Source: Squalus acanthias (taxonomy: Eukaryota). Taken from it: a stretch of DNA of 64,000 nucleotides. The stretch's first letter is position 1. Every line of letters starts with the position of its first letter. Where the stretch lies: positions 5,952,001 through 6,016,000 of the forward strand of contig CM059452.1 in NCBI GenBank assembly GCA_030390025.1. Reading direction: 5' to 3'. The notes under the pieces are model-generated. The model did no database searches. It was not told the DNA's origin and saw only the letters and a program-made list of their open reading frames with translations. Of the stretch, positions 10,230 to 23,228 are shown piece by piece. The position numbers were made by a program, and so were the translations under genes.

Positions 10230-13200
10230 TGGATTCTGTATTGAGATTTTTTGCTCTGTTTCATTTGATTCTGCTGCAAAGGGATAATAGATTTAAACAG
10301 TTTCTTCAGAAAGAATTGTTGTTGAGGGATTGAGTCCCTGATTGATGTGATTTGGTGTTTATCTGCTGATGAGACTGTGAGCCTGGGTTACTTTAAATAC
10401 CTAACGGTCGTTGAACTGTTTGGAGTTTCTACAATGTTTAATCTCGGTGACATCTAATGGTTGCTGGTTTTCTGATCAAATGTAAACATATGTGACTAAA
10501 TGTGTTTGAAATAAGATTGTAGGCAGAAAACAGAAAGCTTTAGCGGCCAAAAATAATTTGAAGATATTTAAGGTATTTTTGTTTGTGATATTTAAATTGT
10601 CATCTATTAATCTAATGTTCACCAACGGTCATATTCAATACGTGAAATGTTATTGTAATTAATAACTACATAATTAACAAATTTGTTGCCTGAATCAGAT
10701 TTAAATTAATATAAATAATTATTATAATGTATTAATATCACTCAATATTACAACAATATGCTATATCAATCTTAATTTATTAAACATGATCCGTCTACTC
10801 ACAATTCTGCTGTCATTATTTTAAATTTATGTTTATTTCAATAATTAATTCGTTCAGTGATAGATGTGTTCGCTGGATTCTGTATTGAGATTTTTTGCAA
10901 TGTTACATTTGATTCTGCTGAAAGGGTTTATAGAATTAAGCTGCTTCTCCACAAAGCGTTCTGTTGCGGGATTCAGCCCCTCAGTGATGTGATTTGCTGT
11001 TTATCTGCTGAGGAGAGTGTGTGCCTGGGTTACTTTGAATAACTAAAGTTTGTGAAACTGTTTGGAGTTTCTGCAATGTTTAATCTCGGTGACATCGAAC
11101 TGCTGCAGGTTTTCTGATCTGTTTAAACTGTTTGAAAGATGATTGTCGGCAGACAAGTAGGTTTTATAAATCAAAAATCATTTAAAATAATTTAATGCAT
11201 CTTTCTATTGAAGTGAGAATTCCAGATTCAACCAATAACCTATGGTTTACGGTGCTCACATTTAATAGGTGAAATGTTACTGTAATTACGAATTATATAA
11301 TTAACAATTTGCAGGTTGAAGGAGAGTTAAATTAATATAACTCAAACGATTATAATGCGGTAATATCGCCCAATATCACGAAATATGTTGTAGTATTAAT
11401 ATTAATGTATTAAACATTATTCGCCTTCCACAATTCTGCTGTGCACTGGTCACAATTAACCTGAGCGGAGAATTTTAGAGGCTGGAGACAATTTCTGATT
11501 ATGTCTGAAATTATTTTAATAACAGCAGACTGATTCCACCGCAGTGTTCAGTTTAATGAGGGTTTGAAATTAATTGTTATCTCCCTGTTTCACACAGATG
11601 AATGACAGATTGTATTTAATTATGCATTAAATGCGAGTATAAATTCCAGTTTGTAAATGTAATAAATCTGCCGGGTTATTAAATTCTTACTGTGCAGCGG
11701 AAACCATGTTATTCCTTCAACATTATTTGTTGTTTGATAGCGAGACAATTATCACTAAACTAATCTTAAACAGTTTGTAAGATCATAGGCTGAGCGGTCG
11801 CTGGCAGTCAAAGAATTGTTCATATGATTCTATTTAAATTCACGGAAGGTGCAGACTGCGTAAGGCTGGAGACAGACAAATAACCCATTGACATTCAAGC
11901 AGATTAATTAATTACAAAAGGTTAATATTAGTTTTGAATTTAATAACAACATCCTGTCTCCCATAGCTGTGCTGTATACGGGATAGAATTATAGACAGTG
12001 AACAGATTACATCTGAGAGTTATGTTTAATTCTCATTAATGTTAAATTGATCAACAAAATCTCTCCTCCATTTGCTCATTAAATTTCAGTGTCGCAGATG
12101 GTCTGATTGATTTGTTCTCCGCCAGTTTTACATTGATCATTCTGGAACTGATTTTCAATAAATAGCAGAATATATTTAATAATTAATTTACGGGCATTGT
12201 GTGAATTACGGGAGTAAAGTATAAAAAGATTGTCTGTTATTAAATAGCGGAGTCTCTGTTACTGACTGCAAACTGGCCGGTTGTCTTTTAATTCACGAAA
12301 ATAGTATTTATAGTTAAGATTGAGGACAATGTTTAAACTCGAGAGCCCTGCTTTAGTAAACACACGGTGTTACAGTCCATCGGTAGTTAGTGAGATGTGA
12401 CCACGGCCAGACTTTGAACTATTTAAAATAGTCCACTCCTAAATCCATCATGTGAAATCCACTCTGAGAAAAGATGGAGTTTATGTTGTATCAGAGAGTT
12501 CAGAAACATGCAGAGTTTACAAGTGTGTAGATAGAGAGCGGGAATGTATTAGAAGTTAGTGACCATTTTAAACTATTCAAATGTGATTTGATTTAAATAA
12601 AAATAATATATTTGTCTGAATGTCTTTATCTATTAATATGATTCTTAATATTTTAATATTGATAAGTGTCATGTTAATTTAATTGAAACCCTATAAGTTC
12701 ACAAGTTACCAGGCAGAAACAGGATTAAAATTAATATCAACTAATTTTAATATAATGCAGCTAACATCAATATTAACTTAGAATATAATATGAGTGCGAA
12801 TTTATTAAACATAAATGACCTCCCACAATTGCGTTGTATACTGGACAGGATTACAGTTACTGCAAAATCTCAAGGGTTGGAGAGAATTTTAAATGATGTC
12901 TAAAATTAATTTAGAAACAATACATGTCTTACTCAGCTGTGCTCAGCTCGAGAAGGTGTCGCCGCAGATTTTAATGAATTAACTTCGTGTTTTGCCTCGA
13001 TGATTTTACCGGTTATATTTAATTATGAAATTATATTTACCCAGTGGTTCCTAGTTCGTTAAATTCTTACTCTGTCACGGAGTCCCTGTTATATGCAGCA
13101 AATTACCCTGTAATGTGAATTATTTCAGTAAACTAGTTTTCAGGGAAACTAAATCTTATTTGTTTGTAAGATTGTAGACAGGGAGGGAGAAATGGTTGGA

Positions 13201-13300
13201 AGTCGAAGAGAGTTTTTCAAATTAATATCAGTTTAATTTCAAAAAACGTGCAGACTTGAGGTGGTCGGAAATTGACAAGAGATCAATTAGAAATCAGCTT
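10230..13300. repeat. Local duplications in the AT-rich J-Cmu intron
   Basis: 10231-10810 matches 10876-11440; 11200-11880 matches, more degenerately, 12600-13260. Confidence 0.75.
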
Positions 13301-13613
13301 CATTGAAATTGACAGATTGAAGAGATCTATCTGCTGAGAGCACGATTGTTGCACCGTTTGTGTCTGTTCTGTTTCTGTGCGCCTGCTCACTGTGTGAGAA
13401 TCAGGAGTCCTCCTGACTGGTTGTAAACCTGCTGGTTTGTTCTCTTGTGTTTCATGGAGTACAATTCGACTCATTTATTTCAGAAGCTTGTATCTGTGAG
13501 AAATGCGATAGTTTGACTTTAAGTTTGAGGAGGCGCCTCCGAACTGGACTCAGTAACCCAGTTTGTGACAATCAGAAGAGCATTTCAGAAACACGTCTGG
13601 CAGAGAGTAGAAG

Positions 13614-14705
13614 GAGCTTTAATCAGTTTCTAACCCGTGCCGTACCTGCCCCGGGAGTGTTTAATGGGACAGTGTAGAGGGAGCTTTACTCTGTATCTAA
13701 CCCGTGCTGTACCTGCCCTGGGAGTGTTTGATGGGACAGTGTAGAGGGAGCTTTACTCTGTATCTAACCCGTGCTGTACCTGCCCTGGGAGTGTTTGATG
13801 GGACAGTGTAGAGGGAGCTTTACTCTGTATCGAACCCGTGCTGTACCTGCCCTGGGAGTGTTTGATGGGACAGTGTAGACGGAGCTTTACTCTGTATCGA
13901 ACCCGTGCTGTACCTGCCCTGGGAGTGTTTGATGGGACAGTGTAGACGGAGCTTTACTCTGTATCGAACCCGTGCTGTACCTGCCCTGGGAGTGTTTGAT
14001 GGGACAGTGTAGCGGGGGCTTTACTCTGTATCTAACCCGTGCTGCACCTGCCCCGGGAGTGTTTGATGGCACAGTGTAGATGGAGCTTTACTCTGTATCT
14101 AACCCGTGCTGTACCTGCCCTGAGCGTGTTTGATGGGATAGTGTAAAGGGAGCTTTACTCTGTATCTAACCCGTGCAGCAGCTGCCCTGGGAGTGTTTGA
14201 TGGGACAGTGTAGAGGAAGCTTTACTCTATATCTAACCTGTACTGTACCTGCCCTGAGCGTGTTTGATGGGACAGTGTAGAGGAAGCTTTACTCTATATC
14301 TAACCTGTACTGTACCTGCCCTGAGCGTGTTTGATGGGACAGTGTAGAGGGAGCTTTGCTCTATATCTAACCCGTGCTGTACCTGTCCTGGGAGTGTTTG
14401 ATGGGACAGTGTAGAGGGAGCTTTACTCTGTATCTAACCCATGCTGTTATGCCCCGTGAATCTTTGATGGTTCAATGTAGAGGGAGAATTTACTCTGTAT
14501 CTAGCCCATGTTGTACCTGCCTTGGGAGTGTTTGATTGTGCAATGTAGATGGGGCTTTACTCTGTATTTAACCAGTACGGTGCCTTACCCGGAGTGTTTG
14601 ACAGTGCTGTGCAGACTTGGCGTTGCTCGGAATCAATCCCTTCCTATACCTGACGGTACAGCAGATGGCAGGGCAGTGCAGAGGGAGCTTTACTCTGTAT
14701 CTGTA
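13614..14705. repeat. 67-bp minisatellite, about 16 copies
   Basis: Unit gagctttactctgtatctaacccgtgctgtacctgccctgggagtgtttgatgggacagtgtagagg; period 67 (13681 to 13748). Confidence 0.95.
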
Positions 14706-15459
14706 CTGTAACAGATCTGTGAGTGCTTTGTCCCGTGTTGTTCAAGGAAACTTAATGTGAATCCAACTAATAAAGTGTGAGTTCTCCAGCCAGATATATA
14801 AAAATAAAACTTTCCATTGCTCCGATGAAACAACCGCGCATTAATTGAGTTTAACCTCATTGCAAATAAAACTGCCCATTTTTTAATGAATTGATTAAAC
14901 TTTACACATTTTGAGTATCAGATAATGATTGAATGAGATTGGCCTGATCCTGAGCTCACTTTCAGAACAAACAGTTTCAGGAAGTGACTGTAACGCTCCA
15001 GAAAGCAGCGCCTGTTCTGATCTGATGGGAGGCGGGAAGTTATTTTGAGAATTTAAATGGAGAATGTCGAGACTCCCGCTCCAAATAACCATCATGGGAA
15101 GCTTATGTTTGAAAGCATTATTTTGTGCAATTGTTTTTAAAAAGGTAACAGGCAGGGATAAACTCGGGTGAGGTGCAGCTATTGGACTGGGTCACAGCAC
15201 AAGGCTCACAGTCACTGAGCCGCACCTCTGTGAAACATTTAAAGAGAAACAGTCAGCCTGCGATGAGTCGTCATTCACAATAAGCTTTAAGACTCTGTGA
15301 CGGGATCCAATTGAATCATTTGAGTCAAATTCCTCAGTTCCCTTTATTTTAAATATCCTCTTGTATTATAACAAACAATAAAATAGATCTGATGGAGATG
15401 TTCAACATTATGAAACGTTTCCTTCCATTAAATCGGGAAGAACTAATTCCGCTGAGCCG

Positions 15460-16110
15460 TGTAGAATCACAGAATCTCAGAGCACAGAAGGGGCCATTCG
15501 GTCCGTCTTGCCTGTGCTGGCTCTGAAAGAGCTGTCCAATCAAATCCCAACTTTTCCTCGTAACCCTTTCACTGAGTCTCTTCAAGAACATGTCCAGTTG
15601 CCTCGTGCATTCCAGAAATTAACAACTCTCCGTTTGAAAAAATGAGTCTCATTTCCCCTCTAGGTATTTTGCCAATTATTTTAAATCTGTGACCTTTGGT
15701 TACCGACATACTCGCCAGAGGAAACCGTGTCTCCCGATTTGCTCTGACAAAACCTCTCACAATTTTGAACACCTCTATTAGGTCTCCCCTTAACCTTCTC
15801 TGCTCCAAGGAACAATCCCAGCTTATCCAATCTCTCCACATAACTGAAGTCTCTCATCCCTGGTATCATCCTGGTCAACCTCCTCTGTACCCTCATCCTT
15901 CCTAAATTGTGGTGTCAGAATTCTATACACTGCTCCATCTGATGCCTAACCAGTGATTTGTAAAGGTTTAGCAGGAATTCCTTGTTTTTGTATTCAATGC
16001 CCCTTTTACAGTGGCAAGTACCCCACACACTTCCGGAACCGCCTGATCAACTTGCCCTGCCACCTTCACAGATTTGTGAATAAGCAGCCCAGGTCCCTCT
16101 GCTCTTGCTT
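15460..16110 (-). mobile_element. CR1 LINE 3' fragment
   Basis: VQRRLTRMIPGM, RRLRGDLIEVFKI motifs. Confidence 0.85.
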
Positions 16111-17842
16111 CCCCCACAAACCAGAAGCGAGAGTTGCCCATATCAGCAGTCAGCACATTAGTTATTGTTTGTCCTTCCTTGCATAGAACCCGCTGTTAAC
16201 CAATCGATTTATAATGTTTAAGGATTGCCAATATTAGATATTTAGAGAAGAAACCTGTCCCGATGTTTAGATTATGTTCGGTACAAACAGCAACAAGAAG
16301 TGACTGTAACGACCCAGAAAGCAGCGCCTGTTCTCACTGGTGGGAGGTTGGAAAGTAATTTGGAAAATGAAATGGAGCATTTAAAGAGCATCGTTCCATA
16401 TAATCGGCTTTGGGAATTGTAATTAATTCGGATTATTTAATTGAGTGAGTGGGAAGAGGAAATTCAGGAGACATCCATTCAGTAGAATGGGATAGAGCAC
16501 AAGTCACACTGCATCGCTCTCCCTCCAATTCTGAGAAGGAAAGAGAGAGACTCGAATCAATCCCGATTCATCTAAAGCTTGAATCTTAGAAACCAGGCTG
16601 TGCAAAAGTTCCCTATTCAAATCTGTGCGCTAAATTATTCCGCTCACATTTTAAAGGAGACTTCAACCATTTATTGTAAACGTCCTTTATTGTCATGGGA
16701 ACAAAGAAGATTTAGATGAGGTCTGATAGAGGGGTTTGGAATTATGAAGGGTTTTATGAAGGGATTCGGGAAACATATTTCCCCGGGTCGGTGAGTTGGT
16801 GAGTAACTGGCACTGATTGAAAATCAGCAGCAACAGAATGAAGGGCGAGGGTATTATTCTACTTTTCTACACACGGGGGCTGTTGAACATGGGATGTCCT
16901 ATCAGAAAGAGGGCTGCATGCAGAATCCACAATAGCTCGATAAAATTGCACAGTTGAGAAGATTGGGAATTGGAAGGTGCACGGGATTGGTGGAGAGATC
17001 TTACAGAGGTGTGATTGGCCGAATCGCCTCCTTCTGTGCTGTAAAGTTGTATTATTTTATAATTCTGGTCATGCTCTATAAACATGCTGGGATTTGTTTT
17101 AAAGGTAATACAACTAGTAGATCTAGCTGTAGGAGTTGTGTGATTAGGAGAACTAATCCCACCGCTATTCAAACAAGTCTATCCCCTGAAAACAACAACT
17201 TGCATTTATATAGCGCCTTTAACGTAGTAAAACGTCCCAAGACGATTCACAGGAGCGTCAGCAGATACAATCTGACACCGAGCCACATAAGGAGATATCA
17301 ATATATTATTTAGTATGGTTGGTAGTTACTCTGACAGTTGACCAAAAGCTTGGTCAAAGAGGTAGGTTTTAAGGCAGCATCTTACAATGGAGAGATGACG
17401 ACACTTTGATATCATGGAATGGCCTGATTCTGTGCTGATAATAAGAGGCTGACAGCAAAAGGATGTAGGGAGGAGCTCAGTGGACAGAATGTGAAAGAAT
17501 CTAATGTGAAAGTGGTTGAGGAATGAGGGGAGTGTTCCATAACAGGGGATCAAGAGCTGGAGGAAGTCCACGATACAATATTGCGGCATTCACTCGGTAT
17601 AAAGGGGCCTCATGGACAGAATGCCCCTTTCAGACTCCTGACTTTTCTTATGTACAAGACTGGAGTCACATGAAGGCGTTTCACGTCGGGTCTCACAACT
17701 CACAGAAACTCAAATACTGATGTAGGTTTTGATCGGCAAATGATGGAATTAGTTCATCCTGTAGTCACATTTCGAGTTGTTTGGTTATGTTATAAGCACG
17801 GATTACAGAGTCTAACTTGTTCAATGGCCCATTCTTTCCCAG

Positions 17843-18142
17843 CGACACAGTCTCCTCCCACCCTCTACGCCCTGCTCTCCTCCTGTGAACAACCCAACAC
17901 CGGCGGCCCCGTCACCTACGGCTGTTTGGCGATGGACTACTTCCCGGAAATCACCAGCCTTTCCTGGAGTAAAGATAAAGAGCCGATCACCACTGGATTG
18001 AAGACCTACCCGTCAGTGTTCAACAAGAAGGGAACCTACACCCTGAGCAGCCAGTTAACCATCACCGAGTCAGAGGTGGGGAGCAGCGCCATCTACTGCC
18101 AGGTTCGACAAAGTGGGTCGGACTGGAGCGTCAAAATGCCAG
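17843..18142 (+). CDS. IGHM: IgM heavy-chain constant exon Cmu1
   Basis: ag|(A)[67 protein letters not shown]..|gttagt; typical shark Cmu1. Confidence 0.95.
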
Positions 18143-18149
18143 GTTAGTT

Positions 18150-19070
18150 TTGTGGGATACAGGGGGAAACTGTGAAAAGGTGAGAAGTTATGTTCAACTT
18201 CTATACAACTTTGGTTAGACCAGACTTAGAGTACTGTGCACAGGTCTGGTCTCCAAATCACACTTAGAGTACTGAGTACAGGCCTAGTCTCCATATCACA
18301 CTTAGAGTACTGTGTACAGGTCTGGTCTCCATATCACACTTAGAGTACTGTGCACAGGTCTGGTCTCCATATCACACTTAGAGTACTGTGTACAGGTCTG
18401 GTCTCCATATCACACTTAGAGTACTGTGTACAGGTCTGGTCTCCATATCACACTTAGAGTACTGTGCACAGGTCTGGTCTCCATATCACACTTAGAGCAC
18501 TGTGTACAGGTCTGGTCTCCATATCACACTTAGAGTACTGTCTATAGTTCTGGTTTCCATATTATATGAATGATACAGAGGCACTGGAGAAGTGCAAAAA
18601 AGATTTACAAGGACGATACCAGAAAGAAAAATTGTAACTGTCAAGAATGATTGAACGGGCTTGGGATCGTTTCTCTCGAAAAGAGAAGTCTGAGGGGTGA
18701 CCAAATAGAGGTCTTTAAAATTCTGAAGGTGTTTGAAAGGTTAGATGTAGAGATAATATTTCTGCTTGAGGAGGAACCCGATACTAGGGATCATAAATAT
18801 AAGATAATCACTAATAAATCCAATATGGAATTCAGGAGAAACTTCTTTACCCAGAGAGTGGGTAGAATGTGGAACTCGCCACCACATGGAGTAGTTGAGG
18901 CGAATAGAATAGATGCGTTTCAGGGGAATCTAGATAAGTACAGGAGGGAGAAAGGAATAGAAGGTTATGTTGATGGGGAGATGAAGTAGGGAGAGAGGAG
19001 GCTCATGTGGAGAATAAACACCGACCTGTTGGGCCGAGTGGCCTGTTTCTGTGTTGTAGATTCTATGTAA
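18150..19070 (+). mobile_element. CR1 3' fragment containing a 38-bp tandem repeat (18222-18560)
   Basis: LEKRSLRGDQIEVFKIL, FRRNFFTQRV..WNS; repeat unit cacttagagtactgtgtacaggtctggtctccatatca. Confidence 0.85.
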
Positions 19071-19129
19071 AAAACCGCTTTACAGTTCTTAATTGCAACA
19101 TAATCCCAATAAAATGTATTTTCTTCCAG

Positions 19130-19441
19130 ATCGTGTGGTACATCATCCAACTGTGATCCTCACCCTGAGTTCCAGTGAAGAAATCATCAGCAGCAGGTCT
19201 GTAACCGCCGTGTGTTCAATCATCGATTTCCGTCCAAAGTCAATAACCGTGAATTGGCTGAAGAAAGGACAGCTCATGGATTCGGGCTTCGTCACCTCTC
19301 CCGTCTGTGAAGTGAACGGGAACTTCTCGGCGACCAGTCGGCTGACATTCCCCGCTGGGGAATGGTTCGCCGGCTCGGTCTATACCTGCCAGGTCACTCA
19401 TCAAGGGGTCACCCAAAGCCGAAACATCTCCAGATCTCAGG
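19130..19441 (+). CDS. IGHM: IgM constant exon Cmu2
   Basis: cag|(D)[59 protein letters not shown]|gtaaga. Confidence 0.95.
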
Positions 19442-19739
19442 GTAAGAGACTCAACCCCGAGAAGTCCCAGATCATTCTGACCGCTGATCTCTGCCAGCAA
19501 TTTTATTGGAATTCGTAAAAAGCACAGAAATATTTCTAATTTCCAATCACACAGTGTGTGTTTCCTTCCGATGTCAGTGCTGACTCAGGGTTCCTCACGG
19601 TTCAGGATTCCAGCACTTCGGCAAAGATTTCCCTCAGCTGTGATGTCAGTGAGTGAGGTGTCCTCAGTCTCAGGTTTACCCTGAGAAAGCTCTATTTCTA
19701 ATTTACAATCATGCTGTTTGTGTTTTCTTCCGATATAAA

Positions 19740-20148
19740 ATAAAAGAAAGAACTGCCTTTACATAGCGCCTTTCCCGACCTCTGGACGTCCCAAAGCGCT
19801 TTACCGCCAAGGAAGTACTTCCTGAAATGTGGTCACTGTTGTAATGTAGAAATCGCGGCGGCCAATTTGCAGACAGTAAGGTCCCACAAACAACAATGTA
19901 ATAATGATCAAATAATCTTATTATTTGGTGATGGATAGGTATTGGCCAGGCCACCTGGGAGAACTGCCCCGCTCTTCCTCCAAATAGAGCCATGGGATCG
20001 TTTATGTCCAACTGAGAGAGCAGACGTCGGTTTAACGTCTGATCCAGAAGGCGACAATGCAGCGCTCCCTCAGTGCTGCACTGGGAGTGTCAGCTCACAT
20101 TTTGTGTTCAAGTATCTGGAGTGCGACTTGAACCCACGATCCTCTGAA
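19740..20148 (-). mobile_element. SINE (SacSINE1-like)
   Basis: Homologous to 8228-8510 and 48385-48822. Confidence 0.65.
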
Positions 20149-20364
20149 TCAGGATTCCTCATGGCTCAGGATTCCATAACCTCGCCAAAGAAGGTTTCCC
20201 TCTGCTCTGATGTCAGAGAGTACATGAGGTGTCCTTGGTCTCAGGTTAATCCTGAGTTGGCTGATCATATTCGGAGCGGCAGTAGGTGTCTGGAACCCCT
20301 TACTGGTAACTGTCTCGGGGCGCACCCTATTTAGAGAACTGCGTTCAATTCTTGGCACCGCGCA

Positions 20365-20880
20365 TCAGGATGGATATATTGGCTTTAGAGGGATGCAACG
20401 CAAATTCACCCGAATCATACCGGGGCTGAAATAGTTAAATAATGAGGAGAGGTTGCACAGAATAGGCTTGTATTCCTTTGAGTATAGAAGATTAAGAGGT
20501 GATCTAATTGAGGTGTTTAAGTTGATAAATGGAATTGATAGGGGAGATAGAGAGAAACTATTTCCTCTGGTGCGGGAGTCCAGAACAAGGGGCATAACCT
20601 TAAAATTAGAACCGAACCGTTCAGGGGTGATGTCAGGAAGCACTTCTTCACACAAAGGACAGTGGAAATCTGGAACTCTCTCCCCCAAAAGCTGTTGAGG
20701 CTGGGGGTCAACGGAAAATTTCAAAACTGCGATTGATAGATTTTTGTAAGGCAAGGGTATCAAGGGTTACAGAAACAAGGCAGGTAGATGGTGTTGAGGT
20801 GTAGATCAGCCATGATCTCATTGAATGGCGGAACAGGCTGGATGGGCCGAATGGCCTACTCCTGTTCCCTTGTTGCTATT
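20365..20880 (+). mobile_element. CR1 3' fragment
   Basis: GLYSFEYRRLRGDLIEVFK motif and CR1 3' UTR. Confidence 0.85.
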
Positions 20881-21576
20881 ACTGCCCTGCGGTCATATTT
20901 CCTTCTGACTGTCTCTCACCAGACATGTTAAGTGCTCACTAATGACAGAGATGAAGAAACTACATCACATCGGCATTACACATTATTCACCACCACAAAA
21001 GACCCCTTGGAACTCCATTCTCCCGACCTTTCACTTCTCCTCTGACGGGGGCTGCAACTGATTCCTGCACATTTTCATCGCCCCAAAATCGCAACAAGAC
21101 ACCAGAAAATTAACTTTGTTTCCTGTTGCACCTAAAATCCTGGATATCATTTGACACTCGTTTTGAACCAGTGTAATTTTCGTGTAGAGCTCTTGACCCT
21201 GGGGGCGGAGCCAATATAATGAGCGGGAATGCGTTCGGGCACAAGGATCTATAGACGGGCGTAAAGGAGCAAGGGATTTCGGGAAGAGCGCTATTCAGTG
21301 CGTAAGACAATTGCGCCCGAATTTATTCATTTTTTACGCCGGGTATTTGCTTCACAGCCCATTACAGGAGGCTCTGGGAGCAAATACACAGGAAATGTTA
21401 AAGAGTCTCCCGGAATCGTTGTCAATTCGTTGTCCTTCCAATAACGATGGCGTTTAAGCAACAACGAGAGGTTGATATCTCAAAGGTGATTTATTCTCCC
21501 TGAGAGAGTGAAGGCTGAATACTGGTGTCCTGATTCTGAAGATGAAGCTTTGCTTGACTTTCATTTCTGTTCACAG

Positions 21577-21885
21577 ATGGTTCCTCATGCAACGATCCAG
21601 AAATCACTCTTCCGCAACCGTCACTAGAACAGGTCTTACTGGAGGCGACGGTGACCTTAACCTGCGTCGTGTCTAATGCTCCTTATGGAGTCAACGTGTC
21701 CTGGACCCGAGAAAAGGAGACTTTGAAATCAGAGATTGCCGTCCAACCCGGAGAGGCTCCCAACAGCGTGATCAGCAACTTAAACATCTCGACACAAGCC
21801 TGGCTGAGTGGGGATGAGTTCTACTGCGTGGTGAGCCATCAGGATATGCCGACTCCTATAAGAGATTCCATCCACAAGGAAAAAG
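21577..21885 (+). CDS. IGHM: IgM constant exon Cmu3
   Basis: cag|(D)[64 protein letters not shown]|gtgagc. Confidence 0.95.
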
Positions 21886-22403
21886 GTGAGCGGTGAGATT
21901 GTAGCAATAAGTGAGACTCTGTGACTATTTCCGGTGCTTGTGCACGGCCCAATTCATTCTATTCAGTGTTTTAATGGACTGCTCTGATAATTCAATGGGT
22001 AATTCCACTAACTAAACCCTCTGGGACCCGAGATGGTACATTTCAGGGGAAGCTGGATAAGTACATGAGGGGAAAATGAATAGAAGGATATGTTATTAGT
22101 GTTAGATGAAGTAAGGTGGGAGGAGTCTCGTGTGGAGCATAAACAGCGGCATTGACCAGTTGGGCCGAATGGTCTGTTTCTGTGATGTAAATTCTATATA
22201 ATTTTCCAGTCCAACTCTTCAAGCTCCCAGAGAGAAGGATTGTATCTCCCTCTGCTCCGGGCTGGAAAACCGGACAGGACACAGAGGGGAAAAGGGAATC
22301 CTTTAAAATTCAGCGCAAAGCACATTTCTCTCACATCTAACCGCCGGTTTCATTGTCTCTGGAATTCTCCAGTTTATTGACCTTTATTGTAATTGTTCTG
22401 CAG

Positions 22404-22795
22404 CTAAACATCCGCGGGAACCGTCCGTGTCTGTCCTCCTGCCCCCGGCAGAAGAAGTCTCCGCTCAGAGGTTCGTCAGCCTCACCTGCTTAGTGAGAGG
22501 TTTCTCCCCCCGAGAGATCTTCGTCAAGTGGACCGTCAATGACAAGCCGGTGAATTCCGGCAACTACAAGAACACCGAGGTGATGGCGGAGAACGGCAGC
22601 AGTTCCTTCTTCATGTACAGCCTGTTATCCATTGCAGCGGAGGAGTGGGCCAGCGGCGCTTCTTACTCCTGTGTGGTGGGACATGAAGCGATCCCCTTGA
22701 AGATCATCAACAGAACGGTTAATAAATCCAGCGGTAAACCCAGTTTTGTCAACATTTCCCTTGTTCTGATGGACACCGTCAATTCTTGTCAATGA
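22404..22795 (+). CDS. IGHM: IgM constant exon Cmu4 plus secretory tailpiece (internal donor after 22733 for the membrane form)
   Basis: [50 protein letters not shown]|gtaaac; tail [20 protein letters not shown] with an N-glycosylation site and penultimate Cys. Confidence 0.96.
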
Positions 22796-22823
22796 GAATC
22801 TCTCGATTGCATTTCAGTTCTTG

Positions 22824-22839
22824 AATAAAAACCAATAAA
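22824..22839 (+). terminator. Secretory-form polyadenylation signals
   Basis: aataaa at 22824 and 22834, just after the stop. Confidence 0.8.
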
Positions 22840-23228
22840 GGCCTTTTCTTCCAATCGTCAGTTACACACACAGCCGCTCAATTAATTTTGTTTCCCATTT
22901 TTGCCAAGGGGAGGGCTGTTTATCTGAAGCAGGATATTTGCCGGTCTCGGGCCCAAGGCTTGTACAGCCAGCGCTCCCAGCTCAGATACACCACGGGTTA
23001 GAGACAGACTGAAGCTCTTTCATGACAGGATTCCTCAAAGTCACTTCAGCAACTTTCCTCCCGCTGGGGGGAATCAAAAAGTTCCCATTTCAGACAAACA
23101 AACGCAGCACATTTAGATCTCGGTGTCCCTGTTTCTCGTGCTGTCCATCCCTTCAGAATTGGGGCCAGTTTTATTTTGCAGCATCGCACCCTCTGGGATC
23201 TGAAATAAGGCCACACACGAACACGAAC

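Noticed and set aside
13614-14705. CRISPR-like appearance of the tandem arrays
   Set aside because: No unique spacers; vertebrate DNA
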